Positions 28,205 to 38,116 of a DNA stretch of 64,000 bases are shown here, piece after piece. The position numbers and the translations under genes are program-made. Location of the stretch: positions 496,001 through 560,000 of the forward strand of contig CAXXQE010000006.1 of the NCBI GenBank assembly GCA_963665615.2, read 5' to 3'. The number at the start of each line of letters is the position of its first letter. Position 1 is the first letter of the stretch. Source of the DNA: Syntrophales bacterium. GTDB taxonomy: Bacteria; Desulfobacterota; Syntrophia; Syntrophales; UBA4778. A model generated the notes under the pieces. That model was not told the origin of the DNA. It made no database searches and saw only the letters and a list, made by a program, of their open reading frames with translations.

Positions 28205-28963
28205 ATGGACTTGGCATTCAGAGACCGCTTCATGCTTTTATGGGACAGGTTTTTTACCGGAGCGGAACTGCCGATCACTTTCGCGTACACAGATGAAGAA
28301 CCTGATGTGAACGGTTCTGCGAAAACCCGTTCGGAACACCGCTGTCTGATGGCCGATTTAAACCGCGTCCGGCGCGGAGTACCGCTCCGCTTGAATGCCA
28401 ACGCCATCGGCTGCTTCGGGGGAAAACGTTATGCGGGGTTCAATATGGAACTCATGCCGAACTTCGAATACTTTCTCTCCTGCGGCATCCCCGGAAAACT
28501 GGAGGGAGAGCGCTACAAAAAATCCCCGGAACTGGTAAAGGCCTTCATGGCGGACATGCCGGACTTCAGGGCGCCGAAAAAAGCGATGGTGTTCAAACGC
28601 TGGGACACGCTGGAGGCCCCGGATCAACCGGAAGTGGTGATCTTCTTTGCCACGCCGGATGTTCTGTCTGGGCTCTTTACGTTGTGCGGTTTCGATGAAC
28701 CGGATCGACACGCCGTGCTCGCGCCGTTTGGGGCGGGGTGCGCCACCATCATCACGTACCCCTATCTCGAGATCGGCATGGACAGGCCAAAGGGCATTCT
28801 GGGAATGTTCGACGTCTCGGCCCGTCCCTTTGTCCCGGAAAATACGCTGAGCTTTGCCTTACCGATCGCCAAATTCGCCGGTATGGTTGAAAACATGGAG
28901 GAGAGCTTTCTGACAACAGGCTCCTGGGAACGGGTTCTAAAAAGGATGCGGCGCACGGAATAG
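28205..28963 (+). CDS. DUF169 family protein
   Basis: GCFGG, FLSCG, GERYKKSPE, APFGAGC, GMFDVSARP; AAGGAGG RBS. Confidence 0.8.
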   Translation: MDLAFRDRFMLLWDRFFTGAELPITFAYTDEEPDVNGSAKTRSEHRCLMADLNRVRRGVPLRLNANAIGCFGGKRYAGFNMELMPNFEYFLSCGIPGKLEGERYKKSPELVKAFMADMPDFRAPKKAMVFKRWDTLEAPDQPEVVIFFATPDVLSGLFTLCGFDEPDRHAVLAPFGAGCATIITYPYLEIGMDRPKGILGMFDVSARPFVPENTLSFALPIAKFAGMVENMEESFLTTGSWERVLKRMRRTE

Positions 28964-29001
28964 CGTCGTGCCGTCCGTATCCGACCTGCTCGACTCATGG
29001 C

Positions 29002-30300
29002 ATGAGAGACAATCAAGTCCATCTGAAATTTATCCTTCGGGCGTTGCACCATCGGAACTACCGACTCTTCTTCGGCGGCCAGAGCATCTCGCTGATCGGG
29101 ACGTGGATGCAGCAGGTTGCAATGAGCTGGCTGGTTTATCGAATCACCCACTCGGCGCTGCTGCTTGGCTTCGTCGGGTTTGCCAGCCAGATCCCTGTTT
29201 TTCTCTTCGCCTCCCTTGCCGGCGTCTATGTGGACCGATGGAACCGCCATCGGATTCTAGTAACGACCCAGATCCTTTCTCTGTTTCAGGCCCTCGTCGT
29301 GGCGATGCTCACCCTCACGGGGGCCGTACATGTCTGGCACCTCATCGTCTTGAGCCTCTTGATCGGCCTGATTAACGCCTTCGACATGCCCGCCCGCCAG
29401 GCCATTGTCGCCGAACTCATTGAAGACCCGGCGGATCTCGGCAATGCAATCGCTCTCAACTCCTTGATGTTCAACAGCGCGCGGCTGATCGGGCCCGCCT
29501 TGGCCGGCCTGCTGATCGGTTTGGTGGGCGAGGGCCCCTGCTTTGCCATCAACGGCATCAGCTTCCTCGCTATCATCGTCGCGCTGCTGGCCATGCGAAT
29601 ACCGTCCCCGACGAGGACAAGCAGCCCCTCGCGCGTCTGGCAGGATTTCAAAGCGGGCTACGCCTATGCCCTCGGATTTGCGCCGATCCGCGCCATCTTG
29701 CTTCAGCTGAGCCTGATGAGTTTCATGGGCATGTCCTATGCGGTCCTCATGCCCGTCTTCGCCAAGGACATTCTCCACGGAGGCCCGCATACCCTGGGTT
29801 TCCTCATGAGCGCCACCGGAGTCGGCGCCGTGGCAGGGGCGCTCTATCTGGCCTCACGCCGGAGCATTCTGGGCTTGGGACGCCTGATCGTTTACGCCTC
29901 TATTCTTTTCGGTTTCGGCGTGATCGCGTTTTCCCTCTCAAGGATGCTTTTGCTTTCGATGGCCTTGATGCTGATCGCCGGGTTCGGCATGATGGTTCAG
30001 ATGGCCGCCTGCAATACTATCCTGCAGAGCATCGTCGAGGAAGACAAGCGGGGACGCATCATGAGCATTTATGCCACGGCCTTTATCGGCATGGCGCCGC
30101 TCGGGAACCTCTTTGCGGGAGGCCTGGCAACGTGGATCGGCGCCCCCAATGCCCTGATTCTAAGCGGCGCGGTCTGTATCGCTGGGGCGCTCGTATTTGC
30201 CGCCCATCTGCCGAGGATCGGCAAAGAGGTTCGTATGATCTATATCGAGAAAGGGATCATCACCGGAAGCGAAGCACACAGCGTGCTGAGAGAGGAATAG
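29002..30300 (+). CDS. MFS transporter
   Basis: 12 TM; RNYRLFFGGQ, GVYVDRWNR, PARQA, RGRIMS. Confidence 0.94.
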   Translation: MRDNQVHLKFILRALHHRNYRLFFGGQSISLIGTWMQQVAMSWLVYRITHSALLLGFVGFASQIPVFLFASLAGVYVDRWNRHRILVTTQILSLFQALVVAMLTLTGAVHVWHLIVLSLLIGLINAFDMPARQAIVAELIEDPADLGNAIALNSLMFNSARLIGPALAGLLIGLVGEGPCFAINGISFLAIIVALLAMRIPSPTRTSSPSRVWQDFKAGYAYALGFAPIRAILLQLSLMSFMGMSYAVLMPVFAKDILHGGPHTLGFLMSATGVGAVAGALYLASRRSILGLGRLIVYASILFGFGVIAFSLSRMLLLSMALMLIAGFGMMVQMAACNTILQSIVEEDKRGRIMSIYATAFIGMAPLGNLFAGGLATWIGAPNALILSGAVCIAGALVFAAHLPRIGKEVRMIYIEKGIITGSEAHSVLREE

Positions 30301-30369
30301 ACCTAGGCATCAACAGCCAAACAAGGAGAAAAAGAATAGATTAAACCAAAAAAAGGCGGGGTAATTTTT

Positions 30370-30520
30370 ACTCCTGCAACGTCCCTATGTAGACATGGGT
30401 GAACCCGGAGATCAAACACCGGACACCAGCGGGCTATGCTGCGGAACGGGCCAAGCCTCTCCAAATGATGGTGCTGCTTCAATTTCAATGCGGACTTCCC
30501 CGTACAGTTACAATTTTCAT
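30370..30520 (-). pseudogene. Decayed remnant of an Isf/flavodoxin-family gene
   Basis: ATGAAAATTGTAACtgTACggGGAAGTCCGC matches the 5-prime end of the gene at 11-574, then in-frame stops; left boundary approximate. Confidence 0.65.
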
Positions 30521-30743
30521 TGTTTCTCTTCATTATTTTGAAATCCCGTCTTATAGAACGCGTGTGAAAACGGTCTGGATATTATGGGGCCGGAGGTGTA
30601 GTGTACCGCGCATCGTTTGACGAAATTGCGGGGATAAATTCAGGAATATCGCCACAATCGTCGGCTTTAGTATACGACTCAAAGATCGCGACAGGCTGAT
30701 CTTGACCTTTAAGACGATCTGCTGTTGAAAGGGGAAAAGACCA

Positions 30744-32297
30744 ATGAAGATATGGAAGTTATCAATGATGATCGTGATGGCTCTTACCATGATCTCGGTG
30801 TCATTGAGTTTCGGAGCCATCAGCTCCGAAGAGGCTGCAAAGCTCGGCGCCACGCTTAACGGCGTAGGAGCGGAAATGAGGGGGAATCCGGAAGGAACGA
30901 TCCCGCCTTACACCGGCGGACTGACCAAGCCGCCCGCTAATTTTATGCCGGGGTCCGGTGTACGTCCCGACCCGTTCGCGGATGAAAAGCCCCTCTTTTC
31001 CATCAACGCGCAGAACATGAACCGCTACGCTGATAAGCTCACGCCCGGCACGAAGGCTCTGCTGAATAGATTTCAAAGTTTCCGCATTGACGTCTACAAA
31101 ACCCATCGTACGGTGGCGTATCCCGAGAGCGTGTTGAAAAGCACGGCAAAAAACGCCGTGAAGGCAACGACCTTCAATGGCGGTCTGTCCCTGAAGGGCG
31201 CCCATGGCGGCTATCCTTTTCCCATTCCGAAGGACGGTTATGAGGCCATGTGGAACCACCAGGTACGCTTCCTGGGTCGGACCGCCGAGGCAAAGTATAC
31301 GAGTTGGTTGATAGACTACAGCGGTGCCTTGTTGCTGTTGGAGCAAGTCTCTCGATGGCATGAGTGGCCGTATTACGATGAAGATCGGAAAAATTCTGAT
31401 TCCAGTCTCTATGATAAGGTCAGGACTCTGACGATGGCTCCAGGTTCAAAAGCCGGACAAATAGCTGCACAGATCAACCCGCTCAACCTATCTGAGAAGG
31501 ACCCAGTTTCCTATTCGTACCTGCCCGGGCAGCGTCGTGTCAAGCGTGAACCGAATATCGCCTTTGATAGCAAGCCGGACGGTAATTACAGCAATTATTG
31601 TGTAGACGAAGCCTCGATATTCAATGGGTCCATGAAGCGCTACAATTGGAAACTCATTGGGAAGAAGGAGATTTACGTCCCGTATAATGCCTACAGGGCA
31701 GTTTATACGTCCAAAAGGGAAAATCTATACGGGGCAAGGCATTTAAATCCGGATGTGGTTCGTTGGGAGTTGCACAGGATGTGGGTGGTGGAAGCCACTC
31801 TGAGAACGGGCCAGCGACATATTTATCCCCGACGGACATTTTATATTGATGAAGATAGTTGGACGGTGCTGACGGGCGAAAATTACGATGCCCAAGGTAA
31901 CATCTATATCGTTCATTTTGCATATCAGGCGCCCAATTACGACGTGCCGGCACCCAATGCGAGTTTTACAACCGCCTATAATTTCAATAACGGCAGCTAT
32001 AGCGGAAGTGAATGGTTGGGAGAGGGCGGCTATCTGCGCGAGGGTAAAGTGGCACCAGAAAGCGATTGGACGCCGGAAGGAATCGTTTCGATCGGCAATC
32101 GATCTGGACAGACAACCTTCATGCCGGATAACGGACTCAACCGAGCGGCAAAAGCATTAAAAACGGAAGAGGAGACCCCCTCCTGGCTGGAATCCAAAGC
32201 CGGGCTGATTAAGCCGGTCTTCATTTTTGGTATCATCTGTCTCATCGGGATAGGCGTCCGACGGCATTACTGGAAAAGAGGACCCAGGAGATTCTGA
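30744..32297 (+). CDS. DUF1329 family exported protein with extra C-terminal TM tail
   Basis: Signal peptide; GAEMRGN.EGTIP.Y.GG, PFPIP, YLPGQRRV, RWELHR.WVVEA, DEDSW. Confidence 0.88.
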   Translation: MKIWKLSMMIVMALTMISVSLSFGAISSEEAAKLGATLNGVGAEMRGNPEGTIPPYTGGLTKPPANFMPGSGVRPDPFADEKPLFSINAQNMNRYADKLTPGTKALLNRFQSFRIDVYKTHRTVAYPESVLKSTAKNAVKATTFNGGLSLKGAHGGYPFPIPKDGYEAMWNHQVRFLGRTAEAKYTSWLIDYSGALLLLEQVSRWHEWPYYDEDRKNSDSSLYDKVRTLTMAPGSKAGQIAAQINPLNLSEKDPVSYSYLPGQRRVKREPNIAFDSKPDGNYSNYCVDEASIFNGSMKRYNWKLIGKKEIYVPYNAYRAVYTSKRENLYGARHLNPDVVRWELHRMWVVEATLRTGQRHIYPRRTFYIDEDSWTVLTGENYDAQGNIYIVHFAYQAPNYDVPAPNASFTTAYNFNNGSYSGSEWLGEGGYLREGKVAPESDWTPEGIVSIGNRSGQTTFMPDNGLNRAAKALKTEEETPSWLESKAGLIKPVFIFGIICLIGIGVRRHYWKRGPRRF

Positions 32298-32314
32298 CGA
32301 GACCCAAGCCAACC

Positions 32315-33325
32315 TCACTTTACAAAGAGCATAACAAATCTCTCGAAGAGCTCTCTCTCAAAGTGATTGATCATCTCGTCGCGCATCACCTGGAGGGCTT
32401 GAAGCGGCGGGAGCTTTTGCTTGTAAGAACGTTCGGACGTCAGTGCATCATAAACATCGGCAATAGCGCAGATCCGGGCATAGGTGTGTATTTCCTTGCC
32501 TTTTAATTGATGCGGATAGCCGGACCCGTCCGTTCTTTCGTGATGCTGCATCACGATAATTTCGGCTTCCTTGCTCAGCTGCTTTGTCTTTGCCAGTATC
32601 TTTGCGCCTTCAACGGGATGTCGGCGCATCGCCTGCATCTCCTCGTCGGTGAGACGCCCCGGTTTGTTGATAATGGCCGAATCGATGTTTACCTTGCCCA
32701 GATCATGCAGGAAGAAACCGGCGCCTAACTCCCGCATATTGTGACTTAGATTCCCCTTGAAGAGATTCTTCGCCAGTAGCACAGCCAGGAAGCCGACGTT
32801 AACCGAATGGGTATAGGTGTAAAGGTCGTGGCTGGTGATGTTCAGGAGACACTGAGACGTTTCATCATCGGATATGATGCAGTCCACCATCTCAATAATG
32901 CCCTGTTTGGCTGCCTTGATGTTCTGAGCGGACGGATCCTCCATCAGACGGCCCATGAGGGCCATGGAGGCCTTTTTAACGACAGCCGCTTTGTTCTGAG
33001 GGGAAATCGTTTTGCTCCGGACTGCCGCTGTCAACTCGGGGGGGACAATGTCTTCCGGTTTCCATTTCTTAGGTGGATTGATCTGTTCCTTGTCCGGTAG
33101 GACGACCTCAGGATGCGCCTGTTCGCTTTTGGCTGTGTCGATCCGGACCGTTTTAAATCCGGCATCCCGGAGTTTTTCGATTTCCGTTACTGACGTCAGC
33201 TTGAACTGGTTCTTTAAAAAGGGGTGTTTGAACCAACTCAAAGGAAGCAAGACGAACATGCCCACCTTAAGGTCGTCAATGCTAACCTCTTGTATTGATT
33301 TTTCTGAATTTTGAGCCATTCCCAT
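32315..33325 (-). CDS. HD-GYP domain phosphodiesterase with DUF3391-like N-terminus
   Basis: YTYTHS, LHDLGK, HHERTDGSGYP, ADVYDALT. Confidence 0.94.
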   Translation of the reverse strand: MGMAQNSEKSIQEVSIDDLKVGMFVLLPLSWFKHPFLKNQFKLTSVTEIEKLRDAGFKTVRIDTAKSEQAHPEVVLPDKEQINPPKKWKPEDIVPPELTAAVRSKTISPQNKAAVVKKASMALMGRLMEDPSAQNIKAAKQGIIEMVDCIISDDETSQCLLNITSHDLYTYTHSVNVGFLAVLLAKNLFKGNLSHNMRELGAGFFLHDLGKVNIDSAIINKPGRLTDEEMQAMRRHPVEGAKILAKTKQLSKEAEIIVMQHHERTDGSGYPHQLKGKEIHTYARICAIADVYDALTSERSYKQKLPPLQALQVMRDEMINHFERELFERFVMLFVK

Positions 33326-33358
33326 TTCAACCGAGTCAATAAATTATGTCATCCGAAA

Positions 33359-33385
33359 GGATCGGCTATTTTTTGAAAGACTTTA
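33359..33385 (-). promoter_or_regulatory. sigma28 (FliA)-type promoter of the HD-GYP gene
   Basis: Minus strand TAAA-N15-GCCGATCC. Confidence 0.75.
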
Positions 33386-33505
33386 CAGAATTAAATCAAA
33401 TTGACACCTCACTATTTTTCATATACACAAGATCGTCAAAAAATATTTGTTAACTTTTGTTATTTCAAAGTCTTACACATTTCCAGAAACATTTAGACGG
33501 ACTCC

Positions 33506-34627
33506 ATGTACAAAAGAAGATGGGCCATTGCAATCAAACAGCGGATGGCGCCCTGGGCGCTTGAGCTCGCCACGGCGATTCGCGACTGCCTTCTGGTACT
33601 CGACCACTCTGTCATGATAGTGATGGATGGCGATCCCAAAGGGCTCGACGCGGACATCCTTCTGCTGCCGGTTGTCCTCGGGGATTATCCGATGTATTGT
33701 AGCGCACTTAGACGGGGTGGTTCCGAGCGCCCAACAACCCTCTTGTGGTTAATGGATCCCCTGCCGCCGAAAGGCATGCTGCCGGAAGCAGAATCAATCG
33801 GTTTAAAGGCATGCCGCTGGCGAGACAGGTTCGGCCTGCGTTATCCAGGCGATCTGCCACGTTGGAAGAAACTATTGTCACTGCTTCGCCTGCGCGTCTG
33901 GGCCTACAAAAAGTGCTCAGCGCCCGGTTTTCGCAACGTCTGCCGCCTCATCCGCCATACACATGGCTGTGAAGATGACTGGCCCCAAATCCGCGGTGTC
34001 ATGGAGAATTGGCAGGACATTTTGGACAGCCACGATGAGGGGTGGATAGACCACCTGATTGTCAGTACAGACCAACGGCGGCGTTTTCTGTTGAATCGAG
34101 GCATCCCCGCATATTTCATTCCGATCGGCGCCCATGATTCGATGGGGCGCAATCTGGGTTGGAAGCGAGATATTCCTGTAGCCTTTCTCGGATCCAGAAA
34201 ATACGGCCGGCGGGCCATCCTCCTGAATGCCCTAGGCGCCCGCCTAAAGGAAAAGGGCATTCCGTTTATTCAGGTGGAGCGTGGATTGGATGGCGTTCAG
34301 CGTTGCGAATGGTTCAATCGCATTCGCATCCTCGTCAACTTGCACAACTTCTCCTGGAATCCCGCCTGGCTCAGGTTTCTGATGGCGGCCAGGTGCGGAA
34401 CGCTCGTCGTCAGCGAACCGGTCGACGACAACCATCCAATGACCGCGGGGGTCCACTACGTGGCCGCCAAACTGGAAGAGATGCCGGATGTTATCGGCAG
34501 GCTGTTGGAAGACCATAGTGAAATCGACCGAATGACCGCTGCAGCGGACATCCTGTGTAAAAGCGAACTGACGCTCCTCCATGCCGTGGAAAAACTAACC
34601 CATCTTGTTGATAAGAGACGAACATGA
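33506..34627 (+). CDS. Glycosyltransferase-like protein (CgeB-like GT-B C-terminus)
   Basis: RDIPVAFLGS...RR, ILVNLH, RF.MAA.CGTLVVSE, GVHYV. Confidence 0.7.
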   Translation: MYKRRWAIAIKQRMAPWALELATAIRDCLLVLDHSVMIVMDGDPKGLDADILLLPVVLGDYPMYCSALRRGGSERPTTLLWLMDPLPPKGMLPEAESIGLKACRWRDRFGLRYPGDLPRWKKLLSLLRLRVWAYKKCSAPGFRNVCRLIRHTHGCEDDWPQIRGVMENWQDILDSHDEGWIDHLIVSTDQRRRFLLNRGIPAYFIPIGAHDSMGRNLGWKRDIPVAFLGSRKYGRRAILLNALGARLKEKGIPFIQVERGLDGVQRCEWFNRIRILVNLHNFSWNPAWLRFLMAARCGTLVVSEPVDDNHPMTAGVHYVAAKLEEMPDVIGRLLEDHSEIDRMTAAADILCKSELTLLHAVEKLTHLVDKRRT

Positions 34628-35283
34628 CAACGAAAAAACTCATCCTCTACGGTGCAACCTTTGTGGATGCCATCCGGCTCGTCCATGCGATCAACGCAAA
34701 GGAACCGACATGGGAGCTCATCGGCCTCATTGACGACAGACCGGATCTCATCGGCGTCCAGAAGTGTGGCCATCCCGTTCTCGGCAACCATGAGTATCTC
34801 AGGGACTATCTCTCACGTCACCCCGACGTGTTCGTATTCAACAATGTGAATCCTTCCATTGCGGTTCATAAACTAATCGGAGAACGTCTGGATGCGTTGC
34901 ACGCTCAGGCGCCTTCCCTGATCCATCCGGCCATCGACATTGAGTTCGCCACAATCGGTAAAGGCGTCTTCCTCCCCCATGGCTGCATCGTCGGATGCAA
35001 CACGGTCATTGGCGATCATGTCACGTTCCGCTACGGTGTGATCATCAGTCACGATGTCACCATCGGCGATTATGCATTTTTCGGCCCTGGCTCAGTGTGC
35101 ACGAGCCAGGCGATCATCGAACCGGAAGCATCCCTCGGTGCCGGCTGCACCGTTATCAATGGCGCGACGATCGGACGAGGCAGCACGGTCGGCGCCGCCA
35201 CCTTGATCACGAGAGACGTTCGCCCCGGCGCAACGGTTGTCGGAATACCGGCGCGCGAGATTGGAAAGGAAAAGATAGCGTGA
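34624..35283 (+). CDS. NeuD/PglD-family sugar acyltransferase (hexapeptide repeats)
   Basis: GLIDD, LIHP, SHD, IG-repeats, VVGIPAR; ATGA overlap with upstream gene. Confidence 0.9.
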   Translation: MTTKKLILYGATFVDAIRLVHAINAKEPTWELIGLIDDRPDLIGVQKCGHPVLGNHEYLRDYLSRHPDVFVFNNVNPSIAVHKLIGERLDALHAQAPSLIHPAIDIEFATIGKGVFLPHGCIVGCNTVIGDHVTFRYGVIISHDVTIGDYAFFGPGSVCTSQAIIEPEASLGAGCTVINGATIGRGSTVGAATLITRDVRPGATVVGIPAREIGKEKIA

Positions 35284-36158
35284 CGCAAGATTTGATTATC
35301 AGCTTGGCGCCGACCGGTTTGATCCCGACCCGCGCTATGACACCACATGTCCCGTTAAACGCCGCCGAAATTACTGACGACGTTTTAAGGTGCCGGACGT
35401 TAGGGGTCACAACGGTGCACCTGCATATCCGTGATGCAAACGGAGAGCCGACCTACAGGAAAAGTCTGTATACAGAACTCATCAAAAGCATCCGGACGGT
35501 GGATAAAGACATCGTCATCTGCGTTTCAACCAGCGGCCGTGCTTATAATGAATTTGAAAAAAGGGCTGAGGTTTTGGATTTGGAAGGGGAGCTGAAACCC
35601 GACATGGCCTCCTTGACGCTGAGTTCCCTCAATTTCAACAAGACGGCCAGCATCAATACCCCAGACATGATCCAGGCCCTCGCAGCCAAAATGCTTAAAA
35701 GAAACATCAAGCCTGAGCTGGAGGTTTTCGACGTCGGCATGATCAACTATGCCAAGTACCTGATTAAAAAAGGACTGCTGAAGCCTCCTTATTATTTTAC
35801 CCTGCTGCTTGGCAATATCGCCTGTGCGCAAGCCAATCTGATGCACTTGGGCTATATGATCCAGGAACTTCCGCCGGACGCCCTTTATTCCGTTGGCGGT
35901 ATCGGCGACGACCAGCTGACCATGAATGCCGTTTCGATTGCGTATGGCGGGGGAGTCAGAACAGGGCTTGAAGACAACATCTGGTTTGATCAGGAACGAA
36001 CCCGACTCGCAACCAACTATGAGCTGCTTCAGCGCGTCGTCGCGCTGGCCGATGCGAGGGGCCGCCAAGTCATGACACCAAAAAAATTTCGGAGGCTTCT
36101 GAAGCTGTCGGACATACCAGAAAACGCCTCCGTTGCCGCAATCCGCAAGACCACCTGA
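35280..36158 (+). CDS. Beta-keto acid cleavage enzyme (BKACE / Kce / DUF849 family)
   Basis: APTG, VHLHIRD, PDMASL, KPELEVFD, RTGLED; GTGA overlap start. Confidence 0.92.
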   Translation: MTQDLIISLAPTGLIPTRAMTPHVPLNAAEITDDVLRCRTLGVTTVHLHIRDANGEPTYRKSLYTELIKSIRTVDKDIVICVSTSGRAYNEFEKRAEVLDLEGELKPDMASLTLSSLNFNKTASINTPDMIQALAAKMLKRNIKPELEVFDVGMINYAKYLIKKGLLKPPYYFTLLLGNIACAQANLMHLGYMIQELPPDALYSVGGIGDDQLTMNAVSIAYGGGVRTGLEDNIWFDQERTRLATNYELLQRVVALADARGRQVMTPKKFRRLLKLSDIPENASVAAIRKTT

Positions 36159-36391
36159 GGTGCTCCGGAGCAAGTTCGGAAATATCGAGACCGTTCTGCT
36201 TCTTCAGCATGAACACGAAACAAACCATACGCCCCGCTTTGTGGATTTCCTCATTCTGCCATACGTATCGCTTTGAGAATCCTTAAACATTCCGTACCAG
36301 GTGCCTTGCCAGTAAAGCGCCCCACGGCGATGGACAGAAAGCAAAAAAGAAGATATGGTACAATTGAAACATATGGGAGATATCTCTTTTC

Positions 36392-38113
36392 ATGCGCATC
36401 ATCTATTTGGCTGATATCCATGGCGGATTTGAACGCGTCAAGGTGCTGCTGACCGAAACACTGGCCGATGTCTATATCGTCGCAGGGGATCTCGTCGACA
36501 TCCCCTTTTACAGTATGAACTCGGCCATCGCCTACCACGATCTTCAGTTATTTTTTCACGGACTCCGGCTGCGGATGAACAAGGAAAAGATGACGATCGA
36601 AGATTTCGTCGATGAATTGCTCGATCAGCCAGAGCTGTCTCCGGATATCGAAGAAAAGGGATCGGCCTACCAACAATACACGATCCGCGCGCGGCGCGTG
36701 CTGCAGCAGAAGTACAAGGTGCTCGAAAATTCCCTCGCGATCAAGCAGATCGCCCGTATCTTCGCCCTGCCGGGCAATTATGACATGGATCTAAAATACA
36801 CTGCTTTGCATGAGCGAGACCTGCACTTGCACTGGCACGACATCCACGGTCTAAAAATCGCGGGATACGGCGGCGCGAATATCTGGACGCCCGGGGTTCC
36901 GGAGCGTTATGTCGTGCAATATGGAGACGACACGGTGATGGAGGGATGGCGCAACGAGATGCATCGTTTTTTCAAAGCTGTCAAGCCGGATATCATTGTC
37001 AGCCATCGGCCGGCCCACGGCATCCACGACCGCGTTTACCAGTTCGGCAACTCGGGCTCTCCGGCACTGCGCGATTACTGCGACAACAACCCCGTCCGGC
37101 TGTGCCTGACCGGCCATGTCCACATGGATTGGGGATTCCAGGTCAGCGAAGGCACTATCTATCTGAACCCATCGAACTTCGGCGAGGTAACGACCCTGCG
37201 CGGAACGGTGGCGGAGGGCGGTTTTTTCTATGCCATCGAGATGACCGACGAAGGAGCGGTCGAAAAGATCATCTTCAAAAAACTCGTCGAGGACCGTATC
37301 CACGATATCGCCGATCACTTCCCTGATGCGAATGGCGAGTGGGTTACGAAAATCATCGATAAGGAACGCTACGACGCACTCAAACGGGGTGAAAACTTCG
37401 ACGACAAGACCCAGAAGTACTCCCACATCCCGGAGGTGCAGCTCTATAACGAGATCAAGCAGTTTTACCGACGCTTTCAGACCAAGGAGGCGGAGGATCG
37501 GCTGGAGAAGCTCGAAGAGATCACGCGTCTTATGGAGGGACGGCTTCACGGCGATATCGCGATGGACGTCATGGGCTCCATCAACATGGGGGTCTGCGAG
37601 GATAGTTCCGATATCGATTTCGTGCTCTACGTCCGCTGTGCTTCCTGCGATCAACCGCAATGCGCCATCAAAGGGGATATGACCACCTGCCCGCATCTGG
37701 TCGAGGCCAAAGAGATCATCGACGCCGCGCTGGTACCGGAGTACTCTTATCAGATCATGGATTGCGTGAACCTCAACGCCGTGGAAAAGGCCATTCAGGA
37801 AAAAGACTATGAATCAGAGGAGGCACAGCGATTCGTTGCCTACCGCGCCGTCTGCCGACCGATCAATTACCGGTTTATTGCCCCGGTCGAGGATTTACTC
37901 AACCAGGACGCGGAATTCCGCTCTGAAATGGAGGGGAGCCTGCGGTCTTACTATCGCATCTTCATCAATACCTCCCAGCACACCCGGTCTTTCCATAAAT
38001 ACGAAAGCCGGATCCGAGAGATCGGCATCCGGCTTCCGGAGTCCATCCGGCAGAAGATCCAGCACTACTTCGGCCAGAACGCCGAGAAGGACAATTCTTC
38101 CACGAAATACTGA
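36392..38113 (+). CDS. Calcineurin-like metallophosphoesterase fused to a Pol-beta-type nucleotidyltransferase-like domain
   Basis: DIHG, GDLVD, GNYD, SH, GHVH; C-terminal MGSINMG...SDIDFVLY. Confidence 0.82.
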   Translation: MRIIYLADIHGGFERVKVLLTETLADVYIVAGDLVDIPFYSMNSAIAYHDLQLFFHGLRLRMNKEKMTIEDFVDELLDQPELSPDIEEKGSAYQQYTIRARRVLQQKYKVLENSLAIKQIARIFALPGNYDMDLKYTALHERDLHLHWHDIHGLKIAGYGGANIWTPGVPERYVVQYGDDTVMEGWRNEMHRFFKAVKPDIIVSHRPAHGIHDRVYQFGNSGSPALRDYCDNNPVRLCLTGHVHMDWGFQVSEGTIYLNPSNFGEVTTLRGTVAEGGFFYAIEMTDEGAVEKIIFKKLVEDRIHDIADHFPDANGEWVTKIIDKERYDALKRGENFDDKTQKYSHIPEVQLYNEIKQFYRRFQTKEAEDRLEKLEEITRLMEGRLHGDIAMDVMGSINMGVCEDSSDIDFVLYVRCASCDQPQCAIKGDMTTCPHLVEAKEIIDAALVPEYSYQIMDCVNLNAVEKAIQEKDYESEEAQRFVAYRAVCRPINYRFIAPVEDLLNQDAEFRSEMEGSLRSYYRIFINTSQHTRSFHKYESRIREIGIRLPESIRQKIQHYFGQNAEKDNSSTKY

Positions 38114-38116
38114 TAC

